From an uncultured Acidobacteriota bacterium (GTDB taxonomy: Bacteria > Acidobacteriota > Thermoanaerobaculia > Multivoradales > UBA5704): a stretch of DNA of 64,000 nucleotides. This document shows, piece by piece, positions 1 through 13,579 of this stretch (positions are counted from its first letter, which is position 1; the number at the start of each line of letters is the position of its first letter). The notes beneath the pieces are model-generated. The model searched no databases and was not told the DNA's origin. It worked only from the letters and a program-made list of their open reading frames with translations. The stretch covers positions 3,584,001 to 3,648,000 of the forward strand of contig OY969474.1 of assembly GCA_963700145.1 (NCBI GenBank), given 5' to 3'. Made by a program: the position numbers and the translations under genes.

Positions 1-98
1 TGCGGAGGGCGCATTCTAGCCCGCCAAGATGCGGCAACGCAAGGCGGGAAGGGCGCATTCCCGTGCCGCGGCGGGCGGCCGAATCTATACTCCGCGGC

Positions 99-902
99 AT
101 GGCTTCCCTCCCGGTCCTGCAGCCGCGCCGCGGGTTCGGGGAGACCGCCCGGCGCGACCTGTGGTGGCTGCAGCCGGTCGCCGTCTTCCTCGGGCTCTCG
201 ACCTTCGTCGTCTACTCGACCTGGGCGGCGTTCCAGGGCGAGCACTACCACTTCGGGCCGTACCTCTCGCCCTTCTACTCGCCCGAGCTCTTCGGCTCCT
301 CGCCGCACGCCTGGTTCGGGCCCCGCCCCGGCTGGTGGCCGGGGTGGCTGCCGTTCTCGCCGGCGCTCCTCATCCTCTGGGCGCCGGGGGGCTTCCGGCT
401 CACCTGCTACTACTACCGCGGCGCCTACTACAAGGCGTTCTGGGCCGATCCGCCGTCGTGCACGGTCGGCGAGCCGCGCCACCGCTACCGCGGCGAGAAC
501 TCCTTCCCGCTGATCGTCCAGAACGTCCACCGCTACTTCCTCTATCTGGCGCTCCTCTTCCTGCCGATCCTCGCCTGGGACGTCTGGAAGGCGCTCTGGT
601 TCACCGACCCGGCGACCGGCGCGGTCTCCTTCGGCGTCGGCGTCGGCACGCTGGTCCTGGCGCTCAACCTGGTGCTCCTCTCGGGCTACACCTTCGGCTG
701 CCACACCCTGCGGCACCTCGCCGGCGGCGGGCTCGACCGCCTCGCCGCCTCGCGCGGCCGCTACTCGGCCTACCGCTGCGCCGGCTGCTTCAACCGCCGG
801 CACATGCTCTGGGCCTGGTCGAGCCTCGTCGTCGTCGGCTTCAGCGACCTCTACGTCCGTCTCTGCTCGCTGGGCATCTGGAGCGACTGGAGGCTCCTCT
901 GA
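99..902 (+). CDS. Succinate dehydrogenase membrane anchor subunit (Sdh1/Rv0249c-like)
   Basis: Multi-TM protein with RLTCYYYR..YY, NVHRYF and YTFGCHTLRH motifs; directly upstream of sdhA/sdhB; ATG at 99. Confidence 0.8.
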   Translation: MASLPVLQPRRGFGETARRDLWWLQPVAVFLGLSTFVVYSTWAAFQGEHYHFGPYLSPFYSPELFGSSPHAWFGPRPGWWPGWLPFSPALLILWAPGGFRLTCYYYRGAYYKAFWADPPSCTVGEPRHRYRGENSFPLIVQNVHRYFLYLALLFLPILAWDVWKALWFTDPATGAVSFGVGVGTLVLALNLVLLSGYTFGCHTLRHLAGGGLDRLAASRGRYSAYRCAGCFNRRHMLWAWSSLVVVGFSDLYVRLCSLGIWSDWRLL

Positions 903-2734
903 GCTCGAACGGGCGATTCCGCAGCTTCGACTACGACGTGCTGGTGGTCGGAGCGGGCGGGGCCGGGCTGCGGGCGGCGATCGAGGCCTCGAAGTCCGGC
1001 GCCTCGGTCGGACTGGTCTGCAAGTCGCTCCTCGGCAAGGCCCACACGGTGATGGCCGAGGGCGGCATCGCCGCCGCTCTCGCCAACGTCGACGAGCGCG
1101 ACGACTGGCGGGTCCACTTCGCCGACACCATGCGCGGCGGCCAGTACCTCTCGCACCCCGTGATGGCCGAGCTGCACGCCAAGGAGGCGCCGGCCACGGT
1201 GCGCGAGCTGGAGGCCTGGGGGGCGCTCTTCGACCGCACCAAGGACGGGCGGATCCTGCAGCGCAACTTCGGCGGCCACCGCTACCCGCGGCTGGCGCAC
1301 GTCGGCGACCGCACCGGCCTCGAGATGATCCGCACGCTCCAGGACCACGGCATCCACTGCGGCATCGAGGTCCACATGGAGACGACGGTGACGGCGCTGC
1401 TGCTCGACGCGGGCCGCGTCGCCGGCGCCTTCGCCTACGAGCGCGAGAAGGGGCGGTTCCTCCTCTTCCGCGCCGCCGCCGTGGTGCTCGCCACCGGCGG
1501 CGTCGGCCGCGCCTACCGCATCACCTCGAACAGCTGGGAGTACACCGGCGACGGCCACGCCCTGGCCTACGAGGCGGGCGCCGAGCTGATCGACATGGAG
1601 TTCCTGCAGTTCCACCCGACGGGGATGGTGTGGCCGCCGTCGGTGCGCGGCATCCTGGTGACCGAGGGGGTGCGCGGCGAGGGCGGCGTCTTGCGCAACA
1701 GCGAGGGCCGCCGCTTCATGTTCGACGACATCCCCGCCGCCTACCGCGCGCAGACCGCCGACTCCGAGGAGGAGGGGTGGCGCTACACGCAGGGGGACAA
1801 GGAGGCGCGCCGGCCGCCGGAGCTGCTGACCCGCGACCACGTGGCGCGCTCGATCGTGCGCGAGATCCGCGAGGGGCGCGGCAGCCCGCACGGCGGCGTC
1901 TTCCTCGACATCTCCTGGATCAAGCAGCGGCTGCCCGACGCCGAGCAGCACATCAAGAAGAAGCTGCCGAGCATGTACCACCAGTTCAAGGAGCTGGCTG
2001 ACATCGACATCACCGAGCAGCCGATGGAGGTGGGGCCGACGACGCACTACATGATGGGCGGCGTGCGGGTGCACCCCGAGACGCAGATGTCGACCGTGCC
2101 GGGCCTCTTCGCCGCCGGCGAGTGCGCGGCGGGGCTGCACGGCGCCAACCGCCTGGGCGGCAACTCCCTCTCCGACCTCCTGGTCTTCGGCAAGCGCGCC
2201 GGCGCCTACGCCGCCGCCTTCGCCAAGGAGCAGGGGGCGCCGGCGGTCGACGAGACGCAGGCCGAGCGCGCGGCGGCGCGGGCGCTGGCGCCCTTCGAGA
2301 GCAACGGCCACGGCGGCGAGCGCGAGGGGCCGTATGCGGTGCAGCACGACCTCCAGGCCATGATGCAGGAGCTGGTGGGGATCGTGCGCAATGGGCCGGA
2401 GATGGAGCGGGCGCTCGCCGGGCTCGACGAGCTGCGCGGGCGGGCGGCGCGGGTGGCCGTCCCCGGCAACCGCGAGTACAACCCGGCCTGGCACACGGCG
2501 CTCGACCTGCACAACCTCTTCGTCGTCTCCGAGGCGGTGACGCGCGCGGCGCTGGCGCGGCCGGAGAGCCGCGGCGCGCACTTCCGCGAGGACCGGCCGG
2601 AGAAGGACGCGGAGTGGGGGAAGTTCAACCTGGTGCTCAAGAAGGGCGGGGACGGGCGGATGGAGCTGTCGCGCGCGCCCGTCCCCGAGATGACCGCGGA
2701 GCAAAAGGCGATCGTCGAGGCGGAGGCCAAGTAG
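899..2734 (+). CDS. sdhA: Succinate dehydrogenase/fumarate reductase flavoprotein subunit
   Basis: DVLVVGAGGAG FAD motif, AHTVMAEGG covalent-FAD His, LHGANRLGGNSL, ESRGAHFR. Start uncertain; CTG at 899 follows GGAGG. Confidence 0.93.
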   Translation: MSSNGRFRSFDYDVLVVGAGGAGLRAAIEASKSGASVGLVCKSLLGKAHTVMAEGGIAAALANVDERDDWRVHFADTMRGGQYLSHPVMAELHAKEAPATVRELEAWGALFDRTKDGRILQRNFGGHRYPRLAHVGDRTGLEMIRTLQDHGIHCGIEVHMETTVTALLLDAGRVAGAFAYEREKGRFLLFRAAAVVLATGGVGRAYRITSNSWEYTGDGHALAYEAGAELIDMEFLQFHPTGMVWPPSVRGILVTEGVRGEGGVLRNSEGRRFMFDDIPAAYRAQTADSEEEGWRYTQGDKEARRPPELLTRDHVARSIVREIREGRGSPHGGVFLDISWIKQRLPDAEQHIKKKLPSMYHQFKELADIDITEQPMEVGPTTHYMMGGVRVHPETQMSTVPGLFAAGECAAGLHGANRLGGNSLSDLLVFGKRAGAYAAAFAKEQGAPAVDETQAERAAARALAPFESNGHGGEREGPYAVQHDLQAMMQELVGIVRNGPEMERALAGLDELRGRAARVAVPGNREYNPAWHTALDLHNLFVVSEAVTRAALARPESRGAHFREDRPEKDAEWGKFNLVLKKGGDGRMELSRAPVPEMTAEQKAIVEAEAK

Positions 2735-3484
2735 ATGGCATCGGCGACCTTCCGTATCTGGCGCGGCGCCGCCGACGGCGGGCGGTTCGAGGACTACACG
2801 ACGGACGTGAGTGAGGGCATGGTCGTCCTCGACGCCGTTCACCAGATCCAGGCCGAGTCGGCGCACGACCTGGCGGTGCGCTGGAACTGCAAGGCCGGCA
2901 AATGCGGCTCCTGCTCGGCCGAGGTCAACGGCAAGCCGCGCCTGATGTGCATGACGCGCCTCTCCGAGCTGCCGCTCCAGGAGCCGGTGACGATCGAGCC
3001 GATGAAGGCCTTCCCGGTGGTACGGGACTTGGTGACCGACGTCTCCTGGAACTACGAGGTCAAGAAGCGGATCAAGCCGTTCCAGCCGCGGCCGCCCGAC
3101 GCCCCCGACGGCACCTGGCGGATGGACCAGGCCGACGTCGACCGCGTGCAGGAGTTCCGCAAGTGCATCGAGTGCTTCCTCTGCCAGGACGTCTGCCACG
3201 TGCTGCGCGACCACCGCCTGCACCAGGAGTTCATCGGCCCGCGCTTCCTGGTCCACGTCGCAGCGCTCGAGATGCACCCGCTCGACGTCGCCGACCGCAC
3301 GGCGGACTTGAAGCGCGCGCAGGGGATCGGCTACTGCAACATCACCAAGTGCTGCACCAAGGTCTGCCCCGAGAACATCGCCATCACCGACAACGCGATC
3401 ATCCCGCTCAAGGAGCGGGTGGTGACCCGCTTCTACGACCCGCTCGGGCGCCTCGTGCGCGCCCTGCGCGGTGAGGAGGCCTGA
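2735..3484 (+). CDS. sdhB: Succinate dehydrogenase/fumarate reductase iron-sulfur subunit
   Basis: CKAGKCGSC..C [2Fe-2S], CIECFLCQDVC and CNITKCCTKVCP clusters. Confidence 0.93.
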   Translation: MASATFRIWRGAADGGRFEDYTTDVSEGMVVLDAVHQIQAESAHDLAVRWNCKAGKCGSCSAEVNGKPRLMCMTRLSELPLQEPVTIEPMKAFPVVRDLVTDVSWNYEVKKRIKPFQPRPPDAPDGTWRMDQADVDRVQEFRKCIECFLCQDVCHVLRDHRLHQEFIGPRFLVHVAALEMHPLDVADRTADLKRAQGIGYCNITKCCTKVCPENIAITDNAIIPLKERVVTRFYDPLGRLVRALRGEEA

Positions 3485-3984
3485 TGTTCGAGCTCAAGCG
3501 GCTGTCGAAGGCGGCGGTGCCTGCGGCGCTCGAGAAGGCACAGCGCTACCGGCTGCTCAACGAGCCGCTGGAGGCCGAGAGCATCTGCCTCGACGTGCTC
3601 GAGGTGGAGCCGGAGAACCAGCGGGCGCTGACGACGCTGCTGCTCGCGCTCACCGACCAGTTCGAGGAGCGGCTGGCCGAGGCCGTGCCGCGCGCCCGCG
3701 AGGTGCTCGAGCGCCTGCGCGACCCCTACGGCCAGGCCTACTACGAAGGGCTGGTCGCCGAGCGCAAGGCCAAGGCCCAGATGCGCCGCGGCGGCCTCGG
3801 CGCCGCCCACGCCGTCTACGAGGGGCTGCATCGGGCGATGGCCTGCTTCGAGCGCGCCGCCGCCCTCCGCCCGACCGGCGACGACGAGGCGCTCCTGCGC
3901 TGGAACACCTGCGCCCGCTTGCTGATGAGCCACCGAGAGCTGACCCCCGCGCCGCCGGACGCCGGGGAGCAGATGCTGGAGTAG
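3484..3984 (+). CDS. Hypothetical alpha-helical (TPR-like) protein in sdh operon
   Basis: TGATG overlap with sdhB, host-like codon usage, helical-repeat character. Confidence 0.75.
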   Translation: MFELKRLSKAAVPAALEKAQRYRLLNEPLEAESICLDVLEVEPENQRALTTLLLALTDQFEERLAEAVPRAREVLERLRDPYGQAYYEGLVAERKAKAQMRRGGLGAAHAVYEGLHRAMACFERAAALRPTGDDEALLRWNTCARLLMSHRELTPAPPDAGEQMLE

Positions 3985-3997
3985 AGTGCCAAAAGCG

Positions 3998-4555
3998 ATG
4001 GCAAGCTCGGACACAGAGCGGGAGGCACGGCCGGCGGGTACCCCGGTCAAGGACCGCCAGACGGTGACCCCGGAGGGCGTGCGGACGGCGCCGCGGATCG
4101 ACGGGGTCGTCGTGCGGCCCGCCGTCACCCACCCCGACGACCGCGGCGAGCTGTGCGAGATCTACAACCCGGCCTGGGGCGTCCATCCGGAGCCGCTGGC
4201 CTACGTCTACCAAACCATGGTGCGGCCGAGGAAGGTCAAGGGCTGGGTCGTCCACTACCTCCAGGACGACCGGATCTTCGTCATGCTGGGGACGCTCCGC
4301 TGGGTGCTCTACGACGCCCGCGAGGGCTCGCCGACGCGCGGCCTGCTGAACCAGATCTTCCTCTCCGAGCGCAACCGCGCCCTCCTCGTCATCCCCCGCG
4401 GCGTCTATCACGCGGCGCAGAACGTGGGCGACCGCAACGCCTACTTCGTCAACTGCCCCACCCGGCCCTACGACCACGCCGATCCCGACAAGTACCGCCT
4501 GCCGCTCGCCAACGACCTCATCCCCTTCCGCTTCGAGGACGGCCTCGGCGGCTAG
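3998..4555 (+). CDS. RmlC-like cupin (dTDP-4-dehydrorhamnose 3,5-epimerase family)
   Basis: HPDDRGELCE, VKGWVVH..QDD, LVIPRGVYHA cupin motifs. Confidence 0.8.
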   Translation: MASSDTEREARPAGTPVKDRQTVTPEGVRTAPRIDGVVVRPAVTHPDDRGELCEIYNPAWGVHPEPLAYVYQTMVRPRKVKGWVVHYLQDDRIFVMLGTLRWVLYDAREGSPTRGLLNQIFLSERNRALLVIPRGVYHAAQNVGDRNAYFVNCPTRPYDHADPDKYRLPLANDLIPFRFEDGLGG

Positions 4556-4573
4556 ACGGCACGCGAGGCCGGC

Positions 4574-5812
4574 ATGAGCGAGGGCGCGCCCCCCCTCGTC
4601 AGCGTCGTCATCGCCACCTACAACTGGAGCAGCGTGCTGCGCTACGCGGTGGCGAGCGCGCTCGGCCAGACGCTCGCCGCGATCGAGGTGCTGGTCGTCG
4701 GCGACGCCTGCACCGACGACTCCGAGGAGGTCGTTGCCGGCTTCGGCGACCCGCGCCTGCGCTGGCACAACCTGCCCGAGAACTCCGGCAGCCAGGCGGG
4801 CCCCAACAACGCCGGCCTCGCCCTGGCGCGCGGCGAGTACGTCGCCTACCACGGCCACGACGACCTCTGGCACCCGACCCATCTCGAGACGCTGGTCGCG
4901 CTCGCGCGGCGCGTTCCCGGCGACCTCTTCTACGCCCTCGCCGCGATCGTGCACCCCGACGGCGAGCGGCAGATCTCGGGGCTGACGGCGGCGGGGGAGC
5001 TGGCGCCCGGCGAGTTCGTGGTGCCGTCGAGCCTGCTCCACCGGCGCAGCCTCGTCGAGGAGATCGGCCCCTGGCCCGATCCCTGGACCGTCCACCTGCC
5101 GGTCGATGCCGAGTGGCTCGATCGCGCCCGGCGCGCCGGCAAGGTGTTCGTCGGCAGCGAGCGGCTGACGGTCTTCAAGTTCCCCTCGAGCACCCGCAAG
5201 GGCTCGTACCGCGAGCGCCCATCCCACGAGCAGGAGGCGCTCGCTCGCCGGCTGCGCGAGGAGCCGGACCTGCAGTTCCGCGAGCTGCTGGAGATCACCC
5301 GCTCCTTCCTCGTCCGCGGCCCGCGCCCGCTCGGCGCGCCGGTCCTGATCGAGAACGCGCCCCCCGGCTGGCACACCCGGAAGCTGCGGCTGATCCGCGG
5401 CCTCGCCACACCCGACGCGCCGATGCAGCCGCTGCCGGCGGACCTGCCGCCGGAGACCTTCGGCCTGCGCGCCGAGAGCGTCCCGCCGCGGGCGGCGCCC
5501 GGAGAGACGCTCGCCGTCGCAGTCGAGATCCGCAACGGCTCGCCGCTCTCACTGGCGAGCACGTCTCCCAACCCCGTCCACCTGAGTTACCACTGGCTGG
5601 ACCCGGACGGCGGGGTCGCCCTGTTCGACGGCCTGCGCTCCGCCTTGTTTCCTCCCCTCGGTCCGGGCGCCGCGGCCGTCTACCCCGTCGCCGTCACCGC
5701 CCCCGACGCGCCGGGCCGCTACACGCTCCGTCTGGCGCTCGTCCAGGAGGAGGTCCGCTGGTACGACGAGCCGCGGGAGGGGGCGGAGTGGGAGGTGGAG
5801 GTCCTGGCATGA
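4574..5812 (+). CDS. GT2 glycosyltransferase with C-terminal Ig-like domain
   Basis: VSVVIATYN, GDACTDDS, GEYVAYHGHDDLW; C-terminal HLSYHW..PGRYTLRLALVQE beta-sandwich. Confidence 0.85.
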   Translation: MSEGAPPLVSVVIATYNWSSVLRYAVASALGQTLAAIEVLVVGDACTDDSEEVVAGFGDPRLRWHNLPENSGSQAGPNNAGLALARGEYVAYHGHDDLWHPTHLETLVALARRVPGDLFYALAAIVHPDGERQISGLTAAGELAPGEFVVPSSLLHRRSLVEEIGPWPDPWTVHLPVDAEWLDRARRAGKVFVGSERLTVFKFPSSTRKGSYRERPSHEQEALARRLREEPDLQFRELLEITRSFLVRGPRPLGAPVLIENAPPGWHTRKLRLIRGLATPDAPMQPLPADLPPETFGLRAESVPPRAAPGETLAVAVEIRNGSPLSLASTSPNPVHLSYHWLDPDGGVALFDGLRSALFPPLGPGAAAVYPVAVTAPDAPGRYTLRLALVQEEVRWYDEPREGAEWEVEVLA

Positions 5813-5875
5813 CGCTGGCATCACAGCGATTACCTCGTAGCGCAAGGTCTACTCGAAGCCATCCTGGGAGACCTG

Positions 5876-6345
5876 GTGGCCAACAACGGCTTCTTCGCCC
5901 GGCCGGAGATGCGGCCGCTCTACGAGGACATCCGCTTCCCCGAGCACCTGGACCCGGCGCAGGCCGACGGCCGCGTCCACTTCTGGTTCGGGCCCGCCGG
6001 CACCGTGACGCCGCTGCACCACGACGTGATGAACGTGCTGATGGCGCAGGTCCGCGGTCGCAAGCGGGTGACGCTCATCTCCCCCGACCAGACGCACCGG
6101 CTGTACAACGAGATCGGGGTCTTCAGCGAGGTGGACCCCGAGGACCCCGACCTCGAGCGGCACCCGCTCTACCGCGACGTCGAAGCGCTGCGCGTGGACC
6201 TCGCGCCTGGCGAGGTGCTCTTCCTGCCGGTCGGCTGGTGGCACCACGTGCGGGCGCTCGACGTCAGCGTCACCGTCACCTTCACCAACTTCGTCCACCG
6301 AAACGAGTTCGAGTGGCTGAACCCGGACGGGCGCCCCGACGTGCG

Positions 6346-6349
<4 letters not shown>
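5876..6349 (+). CDS. JmjC/cupin-8 2-oxoglutarate Fe(II) dioxygenase, probably N-terminally truncated
   Basis: WFGPAGTVTPLHHD (HxD), QVRGRKRV, LAPGEVLFLPVGWWHHV; only 157 aa. Confidence 0.75.
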
Positions 6350-10064
<3,715 letters not shown>

Positions 10065-10078
10065 CGTCGAACACGGCG

Positions 10079-10138
10079 GGCACGTAGGCCCGCCGCTACG
10101 AACGGCACCCGTAGCGCCCGGCCTACGTGCCGGGCGTT
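10079..10138. repeat. GTAG-type REP-like inverted repeat pair between panB and panC
   Basis: GGCACGTAGGCC..GCTACG / CGTAGC..GGCCTACGTGCC arms; 29 nt recur identically at 58413-58441. Confidence 0.75.
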
Positions 10139-10149
10139 CTTCCGCAGCC

Positions 10150-11004
10150 TCATCCGTACAGCTTCCGCGCCGCGTCCTCGGCGGGACGGGACGCGCCGTA
10201 GCTCTCTTCGGCGGCCGGGAAGCGGCCGGCGCGGACGTCGGCGGCGAAGCGGGCGATCGCCTCGCGCGAGGCGAGCCCGAGCTCGGCGTAGCGGCGCACG
10301 AAGCGCGGCGCGATCCGCTCCTCCAGCCCCAGGAGGTCGTGGTAGACGAGCACCTGTCCGTCGCAGTGCGGGCCGGCGCCGATGCCGATCGTCGGGATGG
10401 CGAGCCGCTCCGAGACCTCGGCCGCCAGGCCGGTCGGCACGCACTCGAGGACCAGCGAGAAGGCACCGGCGGCCTCCAGCTCGGCGGCGGCGGCGAGGAT
10501 CGCCTCGGCCGCCCCGGCCTCGCGCCCCTGCACCTTGTAGCCGCCGAGGCGGTGGAGCGACTGCGGCGTCAGGCCCAGGTGGGCCATGACCGGCACCTCG
10601 GCCTCGACCAGCGCCGCCACCACCTCCGGCCGCCCGCCCTCGATCTTGACCGCCTGGGCGCCCCCCTCCTTGACGAAGCGGATGGCGTTGGCGACCGCCT
10701 GCGCGGGCCCCAGGTGGAAGGAGCCAAACGGCATGTCGGCGACCAGCAGCGCGCGCTCGACGCCGCGGCGCACGGCGCGCACGTGGTGGAGCATCTCGTC
10801 CATGGTGACGGCGAGGGTGTCGGGGTGGCCGAGCACCACCATGGCGAGCGAGTCGCCGACCAGCACGACGTCGGCGCCGCCGGCGTCGGCCGTGCGCGCC
10901 TGCGGGAAGTCGTAGGCGGTGACCATGACCAGGCGCTCGCCGCGCCGCGGGGCGGCGGTGACCCAGGGGACGGTGATCGTCTTGGGGCTCGCTTCGGGGG
11001 CCAT
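10150..11004 (-). CDS. panB: 3-methyl-2-oxobutanoate hydroxymethyltransferase
   Basis: MVTAYD, LVGDSLAMV, ADMPFGS, VKIEGG, HLGLTPQS, IGIGAG..DGQVLV. Confidence 0.95.
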   Translation of the reverse strand: MAPEASPKTITVPWVTAAPRRGERLVMVTAYDFPQARTADAGGADVVLVGDSLAMVVLGHPDTLAVTMDEMLHHVRAVRRGVERALLVADMPFGSFHLGPAQAVANAIRFVKEGGAQAVKIEGGRPEVVAALVEAEVPVMAHLGLTPQSLHRLGGYKVQGREAGAAEAILAAAAELEAAGAFSLVLECVPTGLAAEVSERLAIPTIGIGAGPHCDGQVLVYHDLLGLEERIAPRFVRRYAELGLASREAIARFAADVRAGRFPAAEESYGASRPAEDAARKLYG

Positions 11005-11100
11005 CGGCTCCTCCTTCCGCTCTGGCGGACGGAAGGGCGGCGGTGCGCGCGCAGGTGGAACCGCGCGCGGAGCGCCTCTGCTCGCGGCCGGCCCGGAGTC

Positions 11101-11205
11101 GGGGTGCCTGTCCGTCGGGATCAGGCCCCCTGGAGGGCGGCGCCGCGCGAGCGCTCGGAGCCGATGTCTTCCGTCTCGGTCCCGCACCAGGCGGGATCCA
11201 AGCGG
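11101..11205 (-). ncRNA. pan-motif-like leader RNA (two hairpins with bulged A) upstream of panB
   Basis: Minus strand CUUGGAUCCCGC..GCGGGACCGAG and GCCUGAUCC-CGAC-GGACAGGC in the 5' UTR of panBCD; matches my recollection of the pan motif. Confidence 0.7.
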
Positions 11206-11298
11206 TGAGGGAACTTTAGCACGAAGTCGTTCTATATTTCGGGGAGGTATTCCCGTTCGATCGAGCTCAGAGCAGTTGAATCGTTGGGAGGCGCCGAT

Positions 11299-13560
11299 AT
11301 GTGGCTGGGACGCTTTTGGCGTTGGCTCAAGCTGATCTACCTCTTTCTCCTGCCTACACGCTTCAGCCTCTTCGCTGTCGTGATCATGGGGTGGGCGTTC
11401 CTCATGTCCGGCCAAGGTGGAGACATCCTTCGCGCCCTGGTCGAATACGATCCCTGCAAGGCACTCAGTCCGCACTACTGGCGGATGTTCGCGTTCGTCC
11501 TCGCCGCCAGCGCCTTTTCGCTGCAGGCGTGGTACTGGACGCGGCAGATCCTGCGGGTGAAGCCGCCGTCGCACATCAAGGACGACGACTACTTCGCCTA
11601 CCCGCCGCCGCCAGATTGCTTCCCCCGCACCGCGGTCTGGGTGCCGCGACTTCTCGGCGCCCTCGGGTTCATCATCCCCATCATCGCGTTCATCCGGATC
11701 GGCCGTTCCTATACGGCCGACGCGCCGACCGCCGTGAAGTGGATGCTCCTCTGGCTGACCCTCGCGCTGACAGCCTTCATCATCTTCGTCGTCTTGCGGC
11801 GCGCCTTCCTTCGCCGCCGGAAATCGACGCTCGTGCCGCGCGAGCCGCGGGACTTCGACCGCACGACGAAGCTCGTGCTCGCCGTCACCGTCCTCGCCGC
11901 GCTGGCTTTCTTCGTCTGGGCGACCCTGGACCCCGCCGGCATCGCGCCGCTGGGATCGGCTTCCGTCGTCCTCCTGACGGCCGCACTCTGGGTCCCCCTG
12001 GGCACCGTTCTCGTGTTGTTCGGCATCCGTCTCCGCTTCCCGATCCTGACCGCGCTCCTCGTCTGGGCGCTGCTCTTGAGCCCGTTCGCGGATCGGAATC
12101 ACGTCATCCGCACCATCGACGGGGACGGCGCGGGACTGGTCGACCGCCCCACCGCCGTCGAGCAGCTCGACGCCTGGTACGAGCGCGTGGCGCCGCGTCA
12201 CGCCGGAGGCGAGGTGCCGATCTTCGTCGTGGCGACCGAAGGGGGCGGCATCCGTGCGGCGTACTGGACGGCGGCGGTGTTGACTGCCCTGCAGGACAGC
12301 TACCCGGAGTTCGCCGATCACCTCTTCGCGATCAGCGGCGTCTCCGGCGGCTCGCTCGGTGCCGTGGTGTTCGACGCGCTGGTCGCCCACGGGCCGGCGC
12401 CGGTCGATCCAGACGAGAACGTCTGCCCGGGAAGAGATCGGACGAAGATGGCGCAGGAGAGGGCCACGCTGCGCTATGCCGCGAAGCAGATCCTCTCATT
12501 CGACGCCCTCACCCCCACCTTGGCCAGCCTGACCCAGCCCGATCTGGCGCAACGCTTCCTGCCCTTCGGCTTCCCCGACCGCGAGCAGGCGCTCGAAGAG
12601 GCCTGGGAGCGCGCATGGTCGAGCGCGATGGGAGGAAACGCCCTCTTCTCGCAGGGAGTCCTGGCCACGGCGGAGGCCAACAAAACCCTTCCCTCGCTCT
12701 TCCTGAACGGGACGATGGTGGAGACCGGCGATCGCATCATCACCAGCAATAGCCGTATCCATCCGCGCGATCCGAAGGCCGCGTGCGCGGTGAACGATCC
12801 GAACGCCGTCGGCAATCCCCTCTGCGAGTTCCGCAACGCATTCGACGCGTTCGCGGACCTCCAACGCGACATCCCGTTCAGCGCCGCCGCCGGCATGAGC
12901 GCGCGCTTCACCTACCTTTCTCCTGCCGGGCGCCTGCCGAAAGAAGGTTCCGACGACACGCTCGCCGGCCACGTCGTCGACGGCGGCTACTTCGAGAACT
13001 CGGGCGCCGTGACGGCGGGGGAGATCGTCGGCCTGATCCGGCGCGTCGCGGCGACGCGTCCCGGCTGGAAGCTCCACCCTTACGTGATCCTCATCGACTT
13101 CAAGGACCGTTCGCAGCGCTGCAGGGAAGATCCGGCCCAGTGCGTCCCCGACCCCGCCGAGAAGCCGTTCCCCGGCACGCCGGGCGCAGCCGGTCCGAGG
13201 CCGGCACCGCCCGAGACCTGGGTCAACGAGGTGCTGTCGCCGTTGCGCGCGCTCCTCAACACGCGCAACGGGCGGGGGTCGCAGGCCGTAGGCGACCTGC
13301 GCGAGATGCTCGCGGCGCGGTTGGATCAGCCCAACATCATCGAGTTCCGGCTCATCCAGCGCCGCGTTCCGTTGCCGCTCGGCTGGGTGCTGTCCGAGCG
13401 CTCACGCATCGAGATCGACCGGGCGACGCGGACCGAGGGCGGCAACGTCTGGGCGATGAAGCAGATCGGCAAGCTGCTCGGCGCCGCCTCTCTCCCCGCC
13501 GATCCGGTGGCGCAGAGCGCCGAGGCCAGCGCGCGCGAGCTGAAGCGGGAAAGCCAGTAA
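11299..13560 (+). CDS. Membrane-anchored patatin-like phospholipase
   Basis: N-terminal multi-TM region; GGGIRAAYW, SGVSGGS nucleophile, DGGYFENSG. Confidence 0.8.
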   Translation: MWLGRFWRWLKLIYLFLLPTRFSLFAVVIMGWAFLMSGQGGDILRALVEYDPCKALSPHYWRMFAFVLAASAFSLQAWYWTRQILRVKPPSHIKDDDYFAYPPPPDCFPRTAVWVPRLLGALGFIIPIIAFIRIGRSYTADAPTAVKWMLLWLTLALTAFIIFVVLRRAFLRRRKSTLVPREPRDFDRTTKLVLAVTVLAALAFFVWATLDPAGIAPLGSASVVLLTAALWVPLGTVLVLFGIRLRFPILTALLVWALLLSPFADRNHVIRTIDGDGAGLVDRPTAVEQLDAWYERVAPRHAGGEVPIFVVATEGGGIRAAYWTAAVLTALQDSYPEFADHLFAISGVSGGSLGAVVFDALVAHGPAPVDPDENVCPGRDRTKMAQERATLRYAAKQILSFDALTPTLASLTQPDLAQRFLPFGFPDREQALEEAWERAWSSAMGGNALFSQGVLATAEANKTLPSLFLNGTMVETGDRIITSNSRIHPRDPKAACAVNDPNAVGNPLCEFRNAFDAFADLQRDIPFSAAAGMSARFTYLSPAGRLPKEGSDDTLAGHVVDGGYFENSGAVTAGEIVGLIRRVAATRPGWKLHPYVILIDFKDRSQRCREDPAQCVPDPAEKPFPGTPGAAGPRPAPPETWVNEVLSPLRALLNTRNGRGSQAVGDLREMLAARLDQPNIIEFRLIQRRVPLPLGWVLSERSRIEIDRATRTEGGNVWAMKQIGKLLGAASLPADPVAQSAEASARELKRESQ

Positions 13561-13579
13561 TGCGGAGGCCGGGGCGGGC

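Noticed and set aside
851-3277. Long antisense and alternate-frame ORFs throughout the window (e.g. 851-3277, 28899-31535, 37026-39305)
   Set aside because: Shadow ORFs expected from high GC3; no motifs; they overlap well-supported genes
5810-5875. GT2 TGA stop is in frame with the JmjC ORF and followed by a small hairpin, suggesting possible Sec read-through
   Set aside because: No Cys/redox context, the GT2 domain ends naturally, and the hairpin abuts the UGA; truncation explains it better
4153-6345. 1286-aa ORF 4153-8013 as a single protein
   Set aside because: The first ~730 aa are Arg/Pro-rich off-frame translation of real genes; only ~6346 onward looks coding
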